This document shows positions 61,461 through 64,000 of a stretch of DNA of 64,000 nucleotides, piece by piece. Position numbers and translations under genes: made by a program. Position 1 is the first letter of the stretch. Every line of letters begins with the position of its first letter. Source of the stretch: the human T2T-CHM13v2.0 reference genome, Homo sapiens; the NCBI GenBank assembly GCA_009914755.4, contig CP086569.2, forward strand, positions 3,872,001-3,936,000, read 5' to 3'. The notes below the pieces were generated by a model that was not told where the DNA came from, made no database searches, and was given only the letters and a program-made list of their open reading frames with translations.

Positions 61461-61559
61461 GTAAAATGTAAAATTGTAAAACTTTTTAAAAATTAGAAAC
61501 ATTCAAAATCCAGGTCTAGGTAGAGTTTTTAGAGGTAACATCAAGTATAATTACATAGA

Positions 61560-62474
61560 TACATTGAAAGTAAAAATAAAAAAATTAAAAAGAAGACATA
61601 TCAGGCAAACCTCAATTTTGAAAAAAGCAGAACTGACTATAGTAGTTTAAGACAAAATAGATTTCATGAAAAGAAATGTACTAGGAACAAAGAGGGGCAT
61701 TATGCAGTGACAGAATTATCGACCCACCAGGAAAATGTAGTAATACTAAATATGTATGTAGCAAACAACTAGAACTTCAAATTCTTGAAGGAAAACCTGA
61801 TAGTATTAAAAGGAGAAAGAGACAAATCCACAATTATATTTGGGATTTTCAGCACTGAATGTTCCATAATTGATAAATCTACTGAACTGAATATGAGAAA
61901 ATATTTAGAAGAACTGAGCATCACCATCAAACAGCAGGATTTAGTTGATGCTCACTGGTCAATCCACTCAATAACAGTAAGTTAGACATTATCTTGGATC
62001 ATAAAGCAAACTTCACCAAATTTAAAATCATAGAAATCATACAGTGACTGGTTTCAGAATATAAAGAAATTGAACTCAAAATCAATAATGGAAAGAAAAT
62101 ACAAAAGTTTTCACACACTTGAAATTCAAATAACTTATTTCTAAATAATCTGTAGTTACAAGTCAAACATTAAATGAATAAAATATACATAGAACTGGAT
62201 GAAAGTTAAAATGCAAAATGTTAAAATATGTGATATGTAGATAACATGCAAGGGAAACTTATAGCTTTAAATGCTTACATTATAAAAGAAGAACACTCAA
62301 ATCAATAATCTAAGTTTCCACCTGAAGAAACCAGAAAAACAAGCACAAAAATAAATCCAAAGCTAGCAGTAGGAAGGAAATAGTAAAGATAAGAGCAAAT
62401 ATAAATGAAATTGAAAATAGAAAAATAATGAAAAAATGGGAAAAAATACTAGACATGCAAACATAATTAAATCA
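61560..62474 (+). mobile_element. Ancient L1M ORF2 endonuclease to post-endonuclease segment (a second copy, or a rearranged one)
   Basis: '...KRNVLGTKRGIMQ*QNYRPTRKM***ICM*QTTRTSNS*RKT***' is degenerate L1 endonuclease ('[28 protein letters not shown]...'). 62220-62460 encodes '...FIALNAYIIKEEHSNQ*SKFPPEETRKTSTKINPKLAVGRK**R*EQI*MKLKIEK**K' (= ...ALNAYIKKEERSQINNLT.HLKELEK.EQ.KPK.SRRKEIIKIRAEINEIE...). Confidence 0.55.
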
Positions 62475-62766
62475 GTCAGGCACGGTGGCCTACACCTGTA
62501 ATTTCAGTACTCTGGGAGGCCAGAGCAGATGGGTTGCTTGAGCCCAGGAGTTTGAGACCAGCCTGGGCAACATTGCAAAACACTCTTTCTACCAAAAATA
62601 CAAAAATTAGCCAGGCATGGTGGCATGCACCTGTAGTCCCAGCTACTCAGGGGGCTGCCAGGCAGGCAAAGGGGGAAGACTCCCTTGAGCCCATGAGGTC
62701 AACACTACAATGAGCCATGATCACACCACTGCACTCCAGCCTGTGTGACAGAGTGAGACTCTGAAA

Positions 62767-62809
<43 letters not shown>

Positions 62810-62812
62810 ATT
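62475..62812 (+). mobile_element. Alu SINE (+) with an (AAAT)n tail
   Basis: 'gtcaggcacggtggcctacacctgtaatttcagtactctgggaggccagagcagatgggttgcttgagcccaggagtttgagaccagcctgggcaacattgc...cactgcactccagcctgtgtgacagagtgagactctg' followed by (aaat)12. Confidence 0.95.
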
Positions 62813-62862
62813 TTTAATAAATCTGTAGCAATACCACAAAAGATAAAACAGAAAGAAAACTC

Positions 62863-63196
62863 AGGTGGGGCGCGGTGGCTCACGCCTGTAATCCCAGCAC
62901 TTTGGGAGGTTGAGGTGCGCAGATCACTTGAGGTCAGGAGTTCTAGACCAGCCTGACCAATATGGTGAAGCCCAGTCTCTACTAAACAAACAAAAAATAG
63001 CCAGGCGTGGTGGTGGATGCCTATAATCCCAGCTACTTGGGAGGCTGAGGCAGGAGAATTGTTTGAACCCGGGAGGTGGAGGCAGAGGTGCAGTCAGATG
63101 TGGAGGCAGAGGCTGAGGTGGAGGCAGAGGCCGAGGCAGAGGCTGCAGTGAGCCGAGATTGTGCCACTGCACTCTGGGTGACAGAGGGAGACTCCA
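62863..63196 (+). mobile_element. Alu SINE (+) with an internal tandem expansion of the 'ggaggcagaggc(t/c)gaggt' motif in the right monomer
   Basis: 'ggtggggcgcggtggctcacgcctgtaatcccagcactttgggaggttgaggtgcgcagatcacttgaggtcaggagttctagaccagcctgaccaatatggtgaagcccagtctctactaaa...'. Where the consensus has a single 'gaggcggaggttgcagtgagc' there is 'ggaggtggaggcagaggtgcagtcagatgtggaggcagaggctgaggtggaggcagaggccgaggcagaggctgcagtgagccgagattgtgccactgcactctgggtgacagagggagactccatc'. Confidence 0.95.
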
Positions 63197-63432
63197 TCAA
63201 AAGAAGAGAAAAGAAAGAAAAGAAAATAAAAGAAAACAAAAGAAAAGAAGAAAAGAAAAGAGAGAAAGAGAGAGAAAAAGGAAGGAAGGAAAGAAGGAAG
63301 GAAGGTAGGAAGGAAGGAAGGAAAGAAGGGAGAAAGAAAGAAAAAGAGAGAAAAAAGAAAGAAAGGAAGAAAGGAAGGAAGAAAGGAAGGAAGGAAGGAA
63401 GGAAGGAAGGAAGGAGGGAAGGGAGAGACAAG
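63197..63432. repeat. Long purine-rich (GAAA)n/(GGAA)n compound microsatellite derived from the Alu A-tail
   Basis: 'aaaagaagagaaaagaaagaaaagaaaataaaagaaaacaaaagaaaagaagaaaagaaaagagagaaagagagagaaaaaggaaggaaggaaagaaggaaggaaggtaggaaggaaggaaggaaagaagggagaaagaaag...ggaaggaaggaaggaaggaaggaaggaaggagggaagggagagacaag'. It is ~235 bp and ~100% purine on the + strand. Confidence 0.95.
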
Positions 63433-64000
63433 CCTGTAATCACCAAATAAGAACGTGACAGTTGATATCATAACAGATCCTACAGTCATTAAAAGAATAA
63501 AAAGGGAAAGGTGGATAATAAAGAAGTACTACAAATAAAATTATGCTCATAAATTTATCAACTTTGAAAAAAAAGACCAATTCCTCAAATGCCACAAAGT
63601 AATATAACTCAGCTAAGATAACATATATAACTTGAAGAGCCTTATAACATTTAAATGAGATAAATTTATAATTAAAGATCTCCCAAATAAGAAAGGTTCA
63701 GGCACAAATGAATTCACAGAATTTTACCAAACATTTAAAGAAGAATCAACATCAGATTTACATAATCTTTTTCAGAAAATAAAAGAGGAAGGAACACTTC
63801 TCCCCAGCTCATTTTTGAAGCCAGTTTTACCCTAATAGTACTGTAAGACAAACAGCGTTAAAACATTGAAAACTACAAACGAATATCTCTCATAATCTTA
63901 GATGCAAAAATTCACATCAACATTTTAGCAAATAAAATCTGGCGATGTATAAAAGCATATTGTATCACATTGTACAGATAGAGAATAGGTCAGTCATTGC
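63433..64000 (+). mobile_element. Ancient L1M ORF2 (RT start), continuing the 61560 copy beyond the two Alu insertions
   Basis: '...KDLPNKKGSGTNEFTEFYQTFKEESTSDLHNLFQKIKEEGTLLPSSFLKPVLP**YCKTNSVKTLKTTNEYLS*S*MQKFTSTF*QIKSGDV*KHIVSHCTDRE' is degenerate for the L1 ORF2 motif '...[92 protein letters not shown]...'. Confidence 0.6.

Noticed and set aside
63033-63489. ORFs of 124-137 aa on both strands (poly-Lys/Glu/Arg/Gly on +, poly-Phe/Leu/Ser/Pro on -)
   Set aside because: They are translations of the (GAAA)n/(GGAA)n purine microsatellite and the adjacent Alu. They are pure low-complexity artefacts.

Overview
This window is primate nuclear DNA, almost certainly human, and not prokaryotic. The evidence is seven Alu SINEs with A-tails and target-site duplications, many LINE-1 copies of different ages, a MIR SINE, MaLR/THE1 and LTR12-like LTRs, and a near-complete HERV-L (ERVL, class III) provirus. 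It reads as a repeat-dense, AT-rich intergenic region (a 'TE graveyard') with no confidently supportable host protein-coding exon, rRNA, tRNA or CRISPR array. No bacterial-style gene system, defence island or operon is present. Almost every ORF longer than 100 aa in the six-frame track translates a transposon-derived reading frame (L1 ORF2 endonuclease/RT, HERV-L pol) or GC-rich or low-complexity repeat. The most structured element is a HERV-L provirus at 15771-22432. It has two MLT2-type LTRs, a tRNA-Leu primer-binding site, protease/RT (YIDD)/RNase H/integrase and the ERVL-specific C-terminal dUTPase still in long ORFs, flanked by a 5-bp AAACT target-site duplication. It was inserted into the ORF1 region of an older L1. 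Other observations worth a second look: a twin-priming (5'-inverted) young L1 insertion; a tightly spaced inverted Alu pair; a THE1 LTR nested in an L1; a possibly 3'-truncated L1 that retains a ~1.2 kb 5'UTR; a ~50-bp extreme 5'-truncated L1 micro-insertion; a near-identical 127-bp tandem duplication; two ~400-bp LTR-like repeat copies 8 kb apart; and an Alu tail expanded into a ~235-bp GAAA/GGAA purine tract. All coordinates are approximate (about ±10-30 bp) because they were derived by eye.
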